Assembly: GCF_006345805.1 (NCBI RefSeq)
Contig: NC_043002.1
Location: 28,706,001 to 28,770,000, forward strand
Direction: 5' to 3'
Origin: Octopus sinensis
Lineage: Eukaryota
DNA: 64,000 nt
Position 1 is the stretch's first letter. The number at the start of each line of letters is the position of its first letter. A program made the position numbers and the translations under genes. Under the pieces are notes generated by a model, which did no database searches, was not told the DNA's origin, and worked only from the letters and a program-made list of their open reading frames with translations. This document shows positions 1-12,019 of the stretch, piece by piece.

Positions 1-418
1 TCTTTTCAAATTTCCAGGTTTTATGGAATTTTTCGTATTCAGAGGCTGGAGTTATATTGAACAGTTCATTGCCTAGCTCCACATTTCTATGCTTGTCCAT
101 AGAATAGTAGAAGTCAGCTTTATGTTTAGTGGGGCATTACCTTAAAGCGTTTAACTGGTCGTATCGACACACACACACACACGAACACGCACACATATGC
201 ACACCTTCACATACATACAAGCACACACTCTGAACACACAGATATATACACATAAGCACAACTACACGTAATATCCAGTTAAGAGGTATTTACAAAAAAT
301 CAATCGCCAAAAACACTGCGCAGTGGAACCAAATCCGACACTACGTGACCACCAATCGATATTCTTAACTTACACAACTTTTGATTTATAGAAATAAATA
401 AACGTGTTGATGTAAGCT

Positions 419-420
<2 letters not shown>

Positions 421-475
<55 letters not shown>

Positions 476-477
476 AC

Positions 478-515
<38 letters not shown>

Positions 516-539
516 AAGTATTAGTAGTATTAGTAGTAT

Positions 540-570
<31 letters not shown>

Positions 571-592
571 TGTAGTAGTAGTAGTAGTAGTA
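421..592. repeat. (AGT)n microsatellite in the intron after exon A of unit 1
   Basis: Near-perfect agt array; produces the poly-L and poly-T ORFs 300..698 and 370..678. Confidence 0.97.
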
Positions 593-607
593 AATGTATA
601 TACACAC

Positions 608-707
608 TGGCAGCGGTTCTTATCTGGATGCTTTGGTGGGTAGTCTCTTTTGGCTTCATAGCATGTTGATTGGTACATTGCTTTGCAATCACCTGCATCT
701 ACTTGTG
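608..707 (-). CDS. 6-Cys-domain cluster unit 1, exon A only (gene continues beyond the left edge)
   Basis: Exon 707-608 (100 nt; tttag|, |gtgtgt; phase 1->2) encodes xQVDAGDCKAMYQSTCYEAKRDYPPKHPDKNRC(Q). Bases 1-160 are homologous to the intron preceding exon B in units 2-6, so exon B should lie just outside the window. Confidence 0.8.
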
Positions 708-952
708 CTAAATTAGATATATTTTAGATATTCAATTTTCAAATATTTTAAAAAACGAAATGTCACATACTTTTTAACAAATTTAAACATTTTTATCTCC
801 TGTGAATCAAAGTTATTTGTTGTCACGTATAACACGGAACTGGAAAATGGAATGAATTTCATAAAACTTAGTAATGTCGTACACAAAAAATAGTTTGGCT
901 GCTGTTGCATTCTAAAATGTAGATAAAAATAAATAATGCTTATAATTATTGA

Positions 953-1162
953 TTTCAAATTTTGGCATAAGACCAACAGTTTTGGAATAAATTTTGGTAA
1001 GTCGACTGCATCGACTTCAGTGCTCAAGACCTACTTATTTTATTGACCCATAAAAGATAAAGTCGACATCGTTGGAATTTGAACTCAGAAGGCAAGACGG
1101 ACGAAATATAGCTAGGCATCTCGTCCGGAGTGCTGAATAATTCTGCCAGCTCATCGCCTCGG
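953..1162 (-). mobile_element. tRNA-derived SINE (Octopus-type) with 19-bp target-site duplication
   Basis: Body with gtcgac...ggaatttgaactcagaa...ctgccagctcatcgcc; TSD taatgcttataa(t/c)tattga at 934-952 and 1163-1181. Confidence 0.88.
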
Positions 1163-1431
1163 TAATGCTTATAACTATTGAACTACTGTTTATATTCTGG
1201 CTTTTGAAAAATGTCGTTAATTGTAAAGGTACATTTAGGTATTCTGCGAGCTTTTATACTGTCAATGCTCCTATGACTTGATTTTGTTTTACAATTTCTG
1301 TGTTGTTTCACGCTGCCAATCAAAATAGAACATAGAGATGACCGTGAGAATGACTAGTATGCATATTTAGCAAAATCTAATAACCTGGAAATGACCATTC
1401 TTTAAGAAACTATGAGTGGAAAGAAAAAGAG

Positions 1432-3740
1432 TTAGGATGGAAAAATTTCGACAAATACAGAAATTAGCACAGGAACAAAAATAAAGATCTGTCTCACAAC
1501 TTTAGACATGGAAAAACCTAATATACATCATGTGGGACCGCTTCTATTATGTTATCAAGAAGTAAGATCGAAAAGTAAATCAATGCATAGTAACGTTGAT
1601 AAAAGCCAATAGTGTTTTCTCAAATCTTAATTTGAATTGATTATAAAACTTTACTTGCCAAAATTAAACTGTTTCGAATTTAGCTTCGTGACAAAGCCTA
1701 TCCGCCAATGAGATGCAATAAATAAATAAATAACTATAAATATCTTACGTCCACAAGTTAAAAGGGAATAGTAGTGGAAGTGCAGATCGCAATTGTGTTT
1801 CTTCTTAATAGCACATTGCTCATATGCGCGTATTCGTCTGAAATATACGAAAAACGAACATCATTGTACAAAAGTAAATAACTATATATGTTTGACCAAT
1901 TTTGTCAGAGTCTGTACCAATTTAAAATATCTCGTAGCATTTACAGTCTTTAACATCTGATATCAAATTGCCACCATGTCTAATGTTTGTATTTCAGGGA
2001 TTAGTAAAATATTTCCTCATCAAATAGGAAATATGTTTTAAAAGGTGTTTACTTACCCTTGGCTCTGTCTTGTAATGCAAAGATTTTGAAAAATACTCGC
2101 TAAATTCGCTTAGGGAATTTGACTGAAATTATGTTTTAAGTTTCATAATTAGACCTCAGTAACAAAACAATTATTTTCAATTCGTAATTTTAAATAAAAA
2201 CTTATGAAGTATACGTATTTCGAGATGATAAAATATTACTACAAAATTTCTGAAGTATTAAATTGTATTTTTTAAAAGCTGATGCGAATCTTTAAGAAAT
2301 AATGTCCTAATCGCACGTTTGGGAATTTGAGCTTTGTTGGGAATTATCTATATCTATGTGTCACAATTTAGTTTAACTAATATTGTCGTACCATTTCTGA
2401 TCGATGTATTTAGCATTAGTCAGTTACTGATTCCTTTTGAATCTAGTACATTCCAAGAAAATATTTCTTGGTTTGCCAATGTAACAAATATTAGTATTTA
2501 ATACTTGGTGATACCAGTGTTTAATTTATTATATAAATTATCATATAATTTATCATATGTATGAAAACGAAAGGTATAATAATTAGACTTGTCAGAGGAG
2601 TAAAAATAGTATACTCACTTGCAATATTCCTTATCTGGTGATCGTACCGGAAAATCTATTTCGACTAGGGGACAATATTTTTGGAATATCTCCATGCAGC
2701 CACCTCTCACTGAAAAAGGTAAAATTTAATTTTTTTATTTCGTTACTCTTTAAGATTATTCAGAACTATTGTCTGTGACAGTTGATGGAAATAATTCAGG
2801 TATATTTCAAGATAAAACTTTATTAATGATTCAAGATTAATAAAATCATCTTACTAGGGCAATCAATTTCGAGGGCCCTTTTAAATGATTCGAGGCAATG
2901 TTCGTCTTTCAATGTTTCAGCACATTTTTCAAGTGCAGCAAGGCGCCTGGTCGGTGAAAATAAACTGGTAAATATTATTTCAATATTAAGAAGAAAACAA
3001 AAGAAAATTATTCTTAAGTTTGGCGATATTTCGGATTTTCGAGTTAAAAATAAATTATGCACCTGTTTAAAATATCTAGCAATAAAATTAATTATTTACA
3101 TTGTGAGGTCAAATTTCTCTTATGTGTAATTCTCCTTGCACACTTCAATTATTTCTAGTCGGAGGTAGGAGTTATATATAACAATCTGTTACCCAGCTCC
3201 ACATTCATATACTAGCGTACATGGTACAAATCAGCTTTATATTTTGTAATATTTTAAAATTGCGTTTAAATCTGAATGCGATTTAAATGTTCCTTCCTGA
3301 GATTGCTGTATCTATTACCAATCAGGTACAGTACCCTAGTGAACTACTTTATTCCAGAAAATTACTTTTGATATAAGAAATATAGATTTCAAATATTGGC
3401 ACAAAACCGACAAGTTCGAGAAAGAGCTGAAGTCGATTCCATCAGCCCTAGTGCCCAACGGGTATTTATTTTATTGACCCCAACAAAATGAATGGCAAAG
3501 CTGATGTCAGCAGAATTTGTATTCTGAACGTAAAGATGGAGGAGATACCGCAAAGCAATTTGCCCGGCGTGCTAACGATTCTGCCAGTACCCCGCTTTAG
3601 TGATGATAGAAATAATAGGAATAAGTATATATTTACGTACGCGCAGTTGTTCTTATCTGGGTAATTAAATGGGTATTTCTTCCTGACTTCATGACATTTT
3701 GACCAGTATTTTACTTGGCAATTAACTGAATCAAAATGTC
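1432..3740 (-). CDS. 6-Cys-domain cluster unit 2, two domains, possible hydrophobic C-terminal tail
   Basis: Exons 3740-3641, 2946-2855, 2709-2619, 1837-1749 (GT-AG, phases 1/2/1/2/1) plus candidate last exon 1517-1432: GHFDSVNCQVKYWSKCHEVRKKYPFNYPDKNNCARLAALEKCAETLKDEHCLESFKRALEIDCPMRGGCMEIFQKYCPLVEIDFPVRSPDKEYCKRIRAYEQCAIKKKHNCDLHFHYYSLLTCG-(RFSMSKVVRQIFIFVPVLISVFVEIFPS*). Start exon not found; last exon less certain. Confidence 0.88.
3386..3598 (-). mobile_element. tRNA-derived SINE
   Basis: Same family motifs (tttattgacccc, gcgtgctaacgattctgccag); lies in the first A-B intron of unit 2. Confidence 0.85.
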
Positions 3741-4764
3741 CTACAAATTCGAAATTTTGTTATAGTAGATCTTTAACAATTTTACCATAAACACGAAATA
3801 TTGCATGACACACCATAAATCTCAACATTTAATTCTAATCTATATCAAAGTTATTTGCTGTTTGAGGGTGGAATGGATGTTAGAAAATTTTGTGACATTG
3901 CTCACGAAAAACTGCTGGACTGATATAGTCCTTAAATGTAAATTAAAAATGTTTATAATTATCAAAATAGTGTTTCTTTTCTGGATTTTGTTGCTATGTG
4001 TATTTGAAAAATGTCGGTAACTCTAAAGATAGTCTTAGGTTTCCTGTGAATATTTATATTTTCAGTAATTGTCTTATGGCGTGTTTGTGTTTTACAAATT
4101 ATGTATTAGTTTACGCTACCATGCAGAAGTGTATCTGAGTGGTACATATCATTGGCTCCATCATCATGTTTTCTTGGTGCAAGTGCTGCATTTTTGAAGA
4201 TGTGTTTGTTAAAGTGTGTTCTATGTAGGAGTCCATAACACTCTCGCTCTCTTAATATTTTACAAGAACACTCTATACATGTTAAAATTAATGTTAAAAA
4301 TTGTCAGTGTTCAGGAACTATTAATAGATTTTACTAAGTGACCGCAAGATTTAGTGTATTGCGTGATGTACGCATGATTTTAAGATTGTATATTTCATTG
4401 CTCTATACCGGGAGATGCGTTGTAATCTTGACCAATTTTGTCTACTCAAGAAGCAAAACTTAGTAATCCTGCCATGGACCAACGCCTAGTTTAAGGGTTT
4501 ATTACAAAACAAAAAAATTAAAGAGACAGAAATAAAATTAATATCAAAAAGTAAAATTCATCATCATTTACAAGTGGATGTCGTGTTAGAACACAGCCAT
4601 TCTATATCTACCATGATAGAATCGTTCATATTGTTTTGTGGTACATTTACATTTTATTTTTTGGTATTAACACTGCTTCAGTCACTTTACTTATATCTTA
4701 TATTTATGTATGTATGTTTATGTATGTACACACACACAAGTACGCATGTATGTATGTTTATATT

Positions 4765-4807
<43 letters not shown>

Positions 4808-4830
4808 CATTATTTGCAATGGACCGATAG

Positions 4831-5285
4831 TTGTCCTCAACTTGTTTGTTATTATCACAACGTTTCGGCTGATGTACTCTTCAGCTTTCAACAGGTGTTC
4901 TGGTGGAATTTCGAACCCACCTGTTTAATTGACTAATTGGGTACACTGTTTCCATTCCTAAGGTATGTTGCTGGTGGTATTTTCCCGTTGATATTATTTT
5001 CCAGTCATTGCCTGGGATTTAACTCAGAATCCGATAGTTAGTAAACCGCGCTCTTATTCACTACGCTATATGCCCACTGGTATATAGCATAAGTTCAATC
5101 TGGGGCAGTGACTGGAAAAATAATATCAACAGAAAAATAACATCAGCAACATACCTTAGGAATGAGAGCAGTGTACTCCATTAGTCAAATAAAAAGTTGG
5201 GTTTGAAATTCCACCTGAACAATTGAAGAAGGCTGAGACTACATCAGCCGAAACATTGTGATAACAACAATCAAAGTGAGGACAT
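4831..5285. repeat. Foldback / MITE-like inverted repeat
   Basis: Arms of about 195 bp (4831-5025 vs 5091-5285) are reverse complements at roughly 80-85% identity by eye, with a ~65-bp spacer. Confidence 0.85.
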
Positions 5286-6264
5286 GTGTTCATTTTAAAT
5301 AATGTACACAATTCCTCATCTCAAAGATATAGAATAGTATACATATTTAATATACATGCAATATATATAAGGAAAATAAGACAAGGTATAAAATGCTAAA
5401 ATAATTTCATCATGAAGAACATTTTAGTACCGGTTTCAATCTTTGCGACTTTTTCAACTTAGAGTAAAGCATGAAAAACAATTAAATTGTGGAAAAATTA
5501 AATGAAACGTTTTGCTTTTAATATTCCCATAGTTTTCAAATACAAGGAACATTTTCCTTTTTCTGTCTCTCTTTTTTACTCTTGAGAAGGCTTGGTAGCA
5601 GGTAGCAGGTATATATCTTTTGTCTTTTACTTGTTTAATTCAATTGACTACTACCATGCAGGGGCACCACTTTGAAGAATATTTGGTTTGTATGTTTTTT
5701 AAGCATCTGTTCTGCCGATTCGTTAAGTTACATTGGCATAAAGACACCAACACCTGTATTCAATTGCTGGTGGGGGTCAAACGCAGACATAATGACACAA
5801 CGATACACACTTCTTTCAATTTCTGTCTACCATATGTAGTAGAAGACGCTTGCTCAAAGTGCCACGTCATTGAACCGAACCTGGATCCATACGGTTTGGA
5901 ATTAAATTTCTTACCACATAGCCACACCATATTTGTATATACATGATATATATGCTATATAATTATTCTGTACGTGATGATGTATGATTTTATTGAAATT
6001 GAAGTGTGCTGTTGTACAAAACACCTGAAGATCACTATGTCTCATAGCTCGTTTCATATTCCGACCGTGTACTGTCCAGCCACTTCAGTTACAGAAATTA
6101 CAAAAGGAAATGGTACGCATACTATGCGGATATCCTAATACGATAGAGATATCAAGAACGTACGATCCTCCATCCGCGTAGATCAGCCGTTCTAGTGTCA
6201 AGATCTAACGTCACACTATCATACATGTCTCTTGTAACACAGTAATGGATAGCTAAACATTTTC

Positions 6265-6609
6265 ATGATTACACAACCCCTAGTATATGGTTCCCCAATT
6301 CCCCAGATCTCAATCCATTGGACTATTTACATGTGGAGCGTTGTTGAGAGCGAGGTCAGTGAACACCAAAGATTCTTTGAAAGCTGCCATAGTCAGAGTA
6401 ATGGCCAAACTGACCCAGGACCACTTGATTCGAGTATGTATATGGTTTAGATCTCATACAGAAGCAGTTGTTAAAGCTGAAAGTGGATTTATTGAATAAC
6501 ATTATAGAAAAGAATGTTTATTTTTATCCCCATAGCATTTTTGATAAAGTTATTATATAACTGTTTTACATTTTTACAAACAAAAATCAAATATATTAGG
6601 CACCCTGTA
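6265..6609 (+). mobile_element. Tc1/mariner (maT/DD37D-like) 3' remnant
   Basis: Frameshifted PNSPDLNPLDY motif and KAAIVRVMAKL; ends in ...caccctgta like the related copies at 25.3 and 41.5 kb. Confidence 0.75.
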
Positions 6610-6639
6610 TTCATATTTAGCAAGATCTAGTAACTTAGT

Positions 6640-6760
6640 AAAGAACATTCACTACATAGTAAGAAGTTTGGTTCTCAGTCACATGCTTCAGGCTAAGTGT
6701 CCGACCGAAATCTTGTGAGTGGATTTGGTAGACGGAAACTGATAAAAGGCCGTCGTGTAC

Positions 6761-6856
<96 letters not shown>

Positions 6857-6873
6857 CATACATATATATATAC

Positions 6874-6969
<96 letters not shown>

Positions 6970-7215
6970 TATATACATGCATGAATGTGTGTATGTATGT
7001 GTGTTTGTGTGTATGTATGATTTTATGTCTGTGTTTGTCATCCACCATCACTTGACAACTAGTGTTGGTGTAGTTACGTCCTCGGAACGTAGCAGTTCGA
7101 CACAAGAGACGATACGGTAAATACTAGGTTTTAAAAGAGGTACTGGCGTCGATTTGCTCGACTAAAGATTTTCAAGGCGTTGACCCAATCATCGCCACAG
7201 ACTAATAACTAAAAC
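6640..7215. repeat. Abundant SINE-like interspersed repeat with internal (TA)n/(TATG)n array
   Basis: Contains ggatttggtagacggaaactg and gactaaaacaaataaaaga segments shared with 57340-57700. Confidence 0.7.
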
Positions 7216-7227
7216 AAATAAAAGAAT

Positions 7228-7622
7228 CTGTTCTACTCTAGGCAAAAAGGTCGAAATTTTGGGGGAGAGTCCAGTCGATTAGATCGTCGCAAATACGCAA
7301 CTCGTGCTTAATTTACCGACCCCGAAAGGATGAAAAGCAGAGTCGACCTCGGCTGAATTTGAACTCAGAACGTAATGACAGACGAAATACCTATTTCTTT
7401 ACTACCCACAAGGGGCTAAACACAGAGGGGACAAACAAGGACAGACAAACGGATTAAGTCGATTACATCGACCCAGTGCGTAACTGGTACTTAATTTATC
7501 GACCCCGAAAGGATGAACGGCAAAGTCGACCTCGGCAGAATTTGAACTCAGAACGTAACGGCAGGCGAAATACCGCTAAGCATTTCGCCCGGCGTGCTAA
7601 CGTTTCTGCCAGCTCGCCGCCT
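7228..7622 (-). mobile_element. Two tandem or nested tRNA-derived SINE copies
   Basis: Core cgaccccgaaaggatgaa...gtcgacctcggc...gaatttgaactcagaacgtaa occurs twice (about 7315-7380 and 7500-7560). Confidence 0.9.
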
Positions 7623-7792
7623 TAGATGAGTAAAAGATTAACGCATAAATCTGTGAGCCAGAAGGGAGAGAAAGAGAGAGAGAGAGAGTGAGAGAGAGAG
7701 ACAGAGTGAGAGAGAGAGACAGAGCTAGACAGGGGAAATGTAGACACAAACAGAAATAGGAAAAATGAGATCTGGCGCACATTCTCAACCGA

Positions 7793-10162
7793 TCAAACAC
7801 CTAGTACAGAGCATATGGCAGTGGCTCTATGACTTCAGCTGGAATTGAGTGCTGAATGCAAATCAATGCGTACCAACATTGCTAAAGTTCAACAATTCTT
7901 TAAATATTAATGGATTTTAACGTAAAAAGCAACTTGACAAATGTAATTGTGTTGGTAATTTATTGCTTCTATGCAGCCCTGAACGAAGTAAGATCGATTA
8001 AATGGATTAAAAAAATTTACCTTCATAACAATTGACGAGAGAAATTTGGTGGAAGTGCGCTGTGCACTTGTGTTTCTTCAGAGTGGCACATTTTTCATAT
8101 ATGAGTATGCGTCTGTAATATAACTTATATGGGAACCTCATTGCTTAAGAGACATGAATCATTTAACTTCTGAAATCAAATTGCCCCGTTTTTATAATGT
8201 TCATATATCTGGGATTGCTAAGATATATCCTAATGAATACAGTAAACAGATTTCAATATCTGATTTGTAATCCAGAGGTTCTCAAGTAATGAAAATAATG
8301 TTTATAAATATACTAGCGAAGTGAGCATGGAAAATTCTAAAGAAATTATGTTTCTTGATTTATAATTTGAAGAAAGATACGAAAAATTTATTTACTAATC
8401 ATATTTACAAACAGCAAATTGGTTAATAATAGTATTTTTGATATGATAAATTTAACGCGTTTTCTGAAGCCGTAGAATACATATTTTAAAAATCTAACAC
8501 GATTTGCGCAGAAACCATAGCTTTAGTCGCACATTCGTGGACTTGTGCATATACTAGAAATATACAGTGCATTCTTTGACCTGCTAAAACATGTTTCAAG
8601 TGACATTGATGTCGATATGTGACATTCTTAGATCGATGTAGTTAGCACTAATCAGTTGCTGTTTCCAATTGAAACTAGTGCACTGCAAGTAAGCATTTCT
8701 TGACTTCTACCCATATAACAAATATTCATTTCAAATTTTGGAACAAGACTAGCAGTTTTAGGGGACGGGGTCGACTTCATCGGCTGGTATTCGATTGATA
8801 CTCAATTTATTGGCCGCGAAAGATGAAAGACAGAATCAACCTCGATGGAATTCGAACACGAAACATAATGACGGACGAAATGTGGTTACGCATTTTTGCT
8901 CAGCAATGTAACGATTCTGCTCCCTCGCCGCATTAACCACTAATACAAACATTAGTAATTAATAGTTGATTGTATAATTAAAGATATAAACGGGTAACTA
9001 TTAGATGTAGTAACAATAGTAAGAGGAGTAAAAGCAACATATATACTTGCAGAAATCCTTATCTGGTGAATGTACTGGAAATTCTTCTTCGGCTTGGCGA
9101 CAATATGATTTGAAATACTCTATGCAATCGTCTTTCTCTGAAAAAAATATACAAATTTCATATTTTATTTGTTTTCGCTATAACTTCTGGACAGTTTGAT
9201 GAAATATTAGAGGAGTAGATGAATTAACATTTAATTCCGGTCTTAATCCGTGTCATAATTAGTAATTTATATTAGGCGTTTCAATGATGACAAGGATAAT
9301 ATTTTGATAATAATACAAATCTAATAATGTAATCTTACCAGGGCAAATATTTCTGAAGAAATCTTGGAATGCTTCAAAGCAACGTTCGTCTTGGATGTCG
9401 TCAGCACACTTTTGATATTCGATAAGGCGCCTGATGTTGAAAATAAATCGATAAATATTATTTTGAAATTTAAATAAACTCCGAAAACAAAACTTAATCA
9501 TAAATTTTGAATCTGAGGGTTGATAAAAAAAATATGTACCAGTTTCATATCATCTTTATCTACATTCTGAGATCAATATACTGCTTTGTTAAAGTATCCT
9601 TTCATACTTCCGGGATTTACGAAATTATTCGTATTCAGAGGCAGGAGTTATATAAGACAGTATGTTTCATATATCTATACTGGTTCATTTCGGAAAAATC
9701 ATCTTTCTATTTATTAATCAACTAAACGTGTATTTAAATCTGAGTTTAGCTCGATATATCTAGTGCCAATCTGATAAAGTAGCTTTGTGAACTGCTCATT
9801 TCCCAACGAGTATTTCTCGTCTTGTACCATGCGACATTATACCGTTCATTCACAAAGCTTCTGCTTAATATATTGGGTTGCAAAGTATTAGTCACTCGAG
9901 GCTACTTAAAAGACACTTCCTAATGTGTTCGTGGAACTAAATCTGAAGCCACGTGACTGTCAAGCGGCATTCAAGACCACGCAGCTGTTGCATTATACAC
10001 ATACTAAAACTTTATGTATTAGATGTAGTAATGAGAGAAATAGCATTAATAAATATATGTATACGTACTGGCAAAGCTTAACATCAGGATATGTAAATGG
10101 GTATTTCGTCTTAGCTGAAGTGCATATTGATCTGTACGTGCTTTCGCAATCTTGGGCTTTTC
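7793..10162 (-). CDS. 6-Cys-domain cluster unit 3, two domains
   Basis: Exons 10162-10069, 9430-9339, 9137-9047, 8112-8021, candidate last exon starting at 7800 (GV*): GKAQDCESTYRSICTSAKTKYPFTYPDVKLCQRLIEYQKCADDIQDERCFEAFQDFFRNICPEKDDCIEYFKSYCRQAEEEFPVHSPDKDFCKRILIYEKCATLKKHKCTAHFHQISLVNCYE(GV*). Canonical splice sites, no stops in the four domain exons. Confidence 0.9.
8727..8932 (-). mobile_element. tRNA-derived SINE in the second A-B intron of unit 3
   Basis: Family motifs; same insertion position as the SINEs in units 4 and 5. Confidence 0.8.
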
Positions 10163-11151
10163 CTGTTGCAAAAAATTGATATTTTTTGTCTTTAGTTCTT
10201 AAATATTATTACTAATAAAGACATGATTGGGTGTAAGTGAATCCTACATGCACTGTGCATTCTAATTATCGTCTCTTTGCGTAAGAGTGGTGCATTTTTT
10301 GAAAAATTGTTTGGTAATTATCTTGTATATAGGTGTGTATAACACCATCACTCTCCTAATATCTTCCAAAAACATTCTAAGCATATTTTTTCAATAAAAT
10401 GCATTAACCAATCAACGTTAAAATATTTTAGTGTTCTAGATGTCTAAATTTATTTCACTTAATAAACAATATTTAATCTCTAAATGCGAGTTTACGGTGA
10501 TACACTCATTAAATGTCATCTCAGGCACTTTTTAAACACTTTATGCGAGACTCTGGTGACACTTCACGCTGTATTCTAAATATGGAAGTGTTAGTGTATA
10601 TAGAGAACTACAACATTATGGTTTAAAAAAAATTAAATAATGCGTACACTATTAGAAAATTTTACAGCAGTTGCAAAAGAAAATATGTACACTCTATGTA
10701 TACTTTTGAACATCAGTTTTACAACAGGCATATTCCTTGAGCATTAAAAGTTTTTTTTGTTTCGTATAATGATTCCCACATTTCCAAACATGCATACGAA
10801 ATCCAATTGATGTTTGCATGTAAAGAAGTGTTTCTGATGTTGGTCCGCATGATGCCCTCCTGGTTGCGCTTCTGGTTTAAGAATGGAACGTAAGCATGTA
10901 AAGTAGGAGGGGAGTTAAATATCTTAATATCCTATATTGTTAACGCTTTAATTATAGATCATTTTGAATATATAAATGTGTGTATATATATAGATCGCTA
11001 GCCACTACGCATTCTTTATTTTCTCTCCTTGTTACTTTCTGTGGAAGCGCGTAGGCTCGAAACGTTAAAGACTTTCACTTCCCGAGCGTTATACTAATAC
11101 ATCTATTTGTTGTCTACACCACCTGTCTTCGTCTTTTTTTGTAAATTTTCC

Positions 11152-11198
<47 letters not shown>

Positions 11199-11206
11199 CA
11201 TATTTT

Positions 11207-12012
11207 ATTGGCCAAAATATGTGTTCGTATTTGTCGTTTTAGTAATCGTTTAAGTAGCTAAGTTCACTCTGTCCGTTTCTGTTGATGCTAACCTTCAAGC
11301 ACTCTTGTAAGTAGCTAATTTCACAATGACGTTTGGGCATGCACACCCATTAGATACTTGACACTGTACTGTAATTTGGTGCGAACTTGGGATGAGAGAG
11401 TTTGTATTTTGTGTGATTTGCATCACCCTCAAAATAGAGAATCTAAACGAACATCATCGACACTTATGCGCTGTGTAAGGAAAGAAGGTTTTTACGAAAT
11501 GTTTTTACCAGAAATCCTTTTCAAAATGTCAATCAAGGTTTCCCAACTGAGATTAACAGCGACACCAACTACCGTTATATGACTAGGATGACCGCAGATA
11601 TGTTCCCCAAATATCGAAATCAAGTGCCCTAAACCATCTGTAACAACATGGGTACGTCATCAAACTAAATGTTTGGATCTCACAATTGAATGTAATTAAC
11701 CATGCCCATCAAATTTTGATCTGAGTTTCGTTGCAGAAACGTGAAGAAAGCCATCGTTTTAATGTTTTGAAGAGAATGGTGAAAATCGGTCCTCAATGAC
11801 AATATGAAACATGAAGCCCATGCAGCAAAATTCTCAAGATAAGCTCCAAACCAGGACTTTATTCGAATAAGATTTTGTTACTGACTCGCGCCCGTTTTTA
11901 TGAAAACTGAAGTGTGTTATTGGACGAAAAGAGGTGAAAAACAATGACTATTTCACATTCCGAACGATTCACTTCCGGACGTTTCAGAAAGTGCATATGT
12001 GGGTATACCTAA
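11207..12012 (+). mobile_element. Degenerate mariner-like DNA transposon
   Basis: Starts tattggccaaaat after a (TA)n run; fragmentary transposase-like translation with many stops. Confidence 0.5.
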
Positions 12013-12019
12013 TATAATA

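Noticed and set aside
300-380. GHVxSDLVP-like reading conserved at 300-380, ~9925-10020 and ~15700-15800 as an extra exon
   Set aside because: It would need phase 2->2 to fit between exons A and B; in unit 3 that frame has a stop, and units 2, 5 and 6 lack the segment. Treated as conserved intron sequence (it contains CACGTG in two copies).
3786-3830. Short ATG-containing segment (MLRFMVCHAIFRVYG, with similar ones in units 4 and 5) as the signal exon
   Set aside because: The implied intron is only 45-50 nt, the peptide is poorly hydrophobic, and unit 6 has a stop and no GT donor there.
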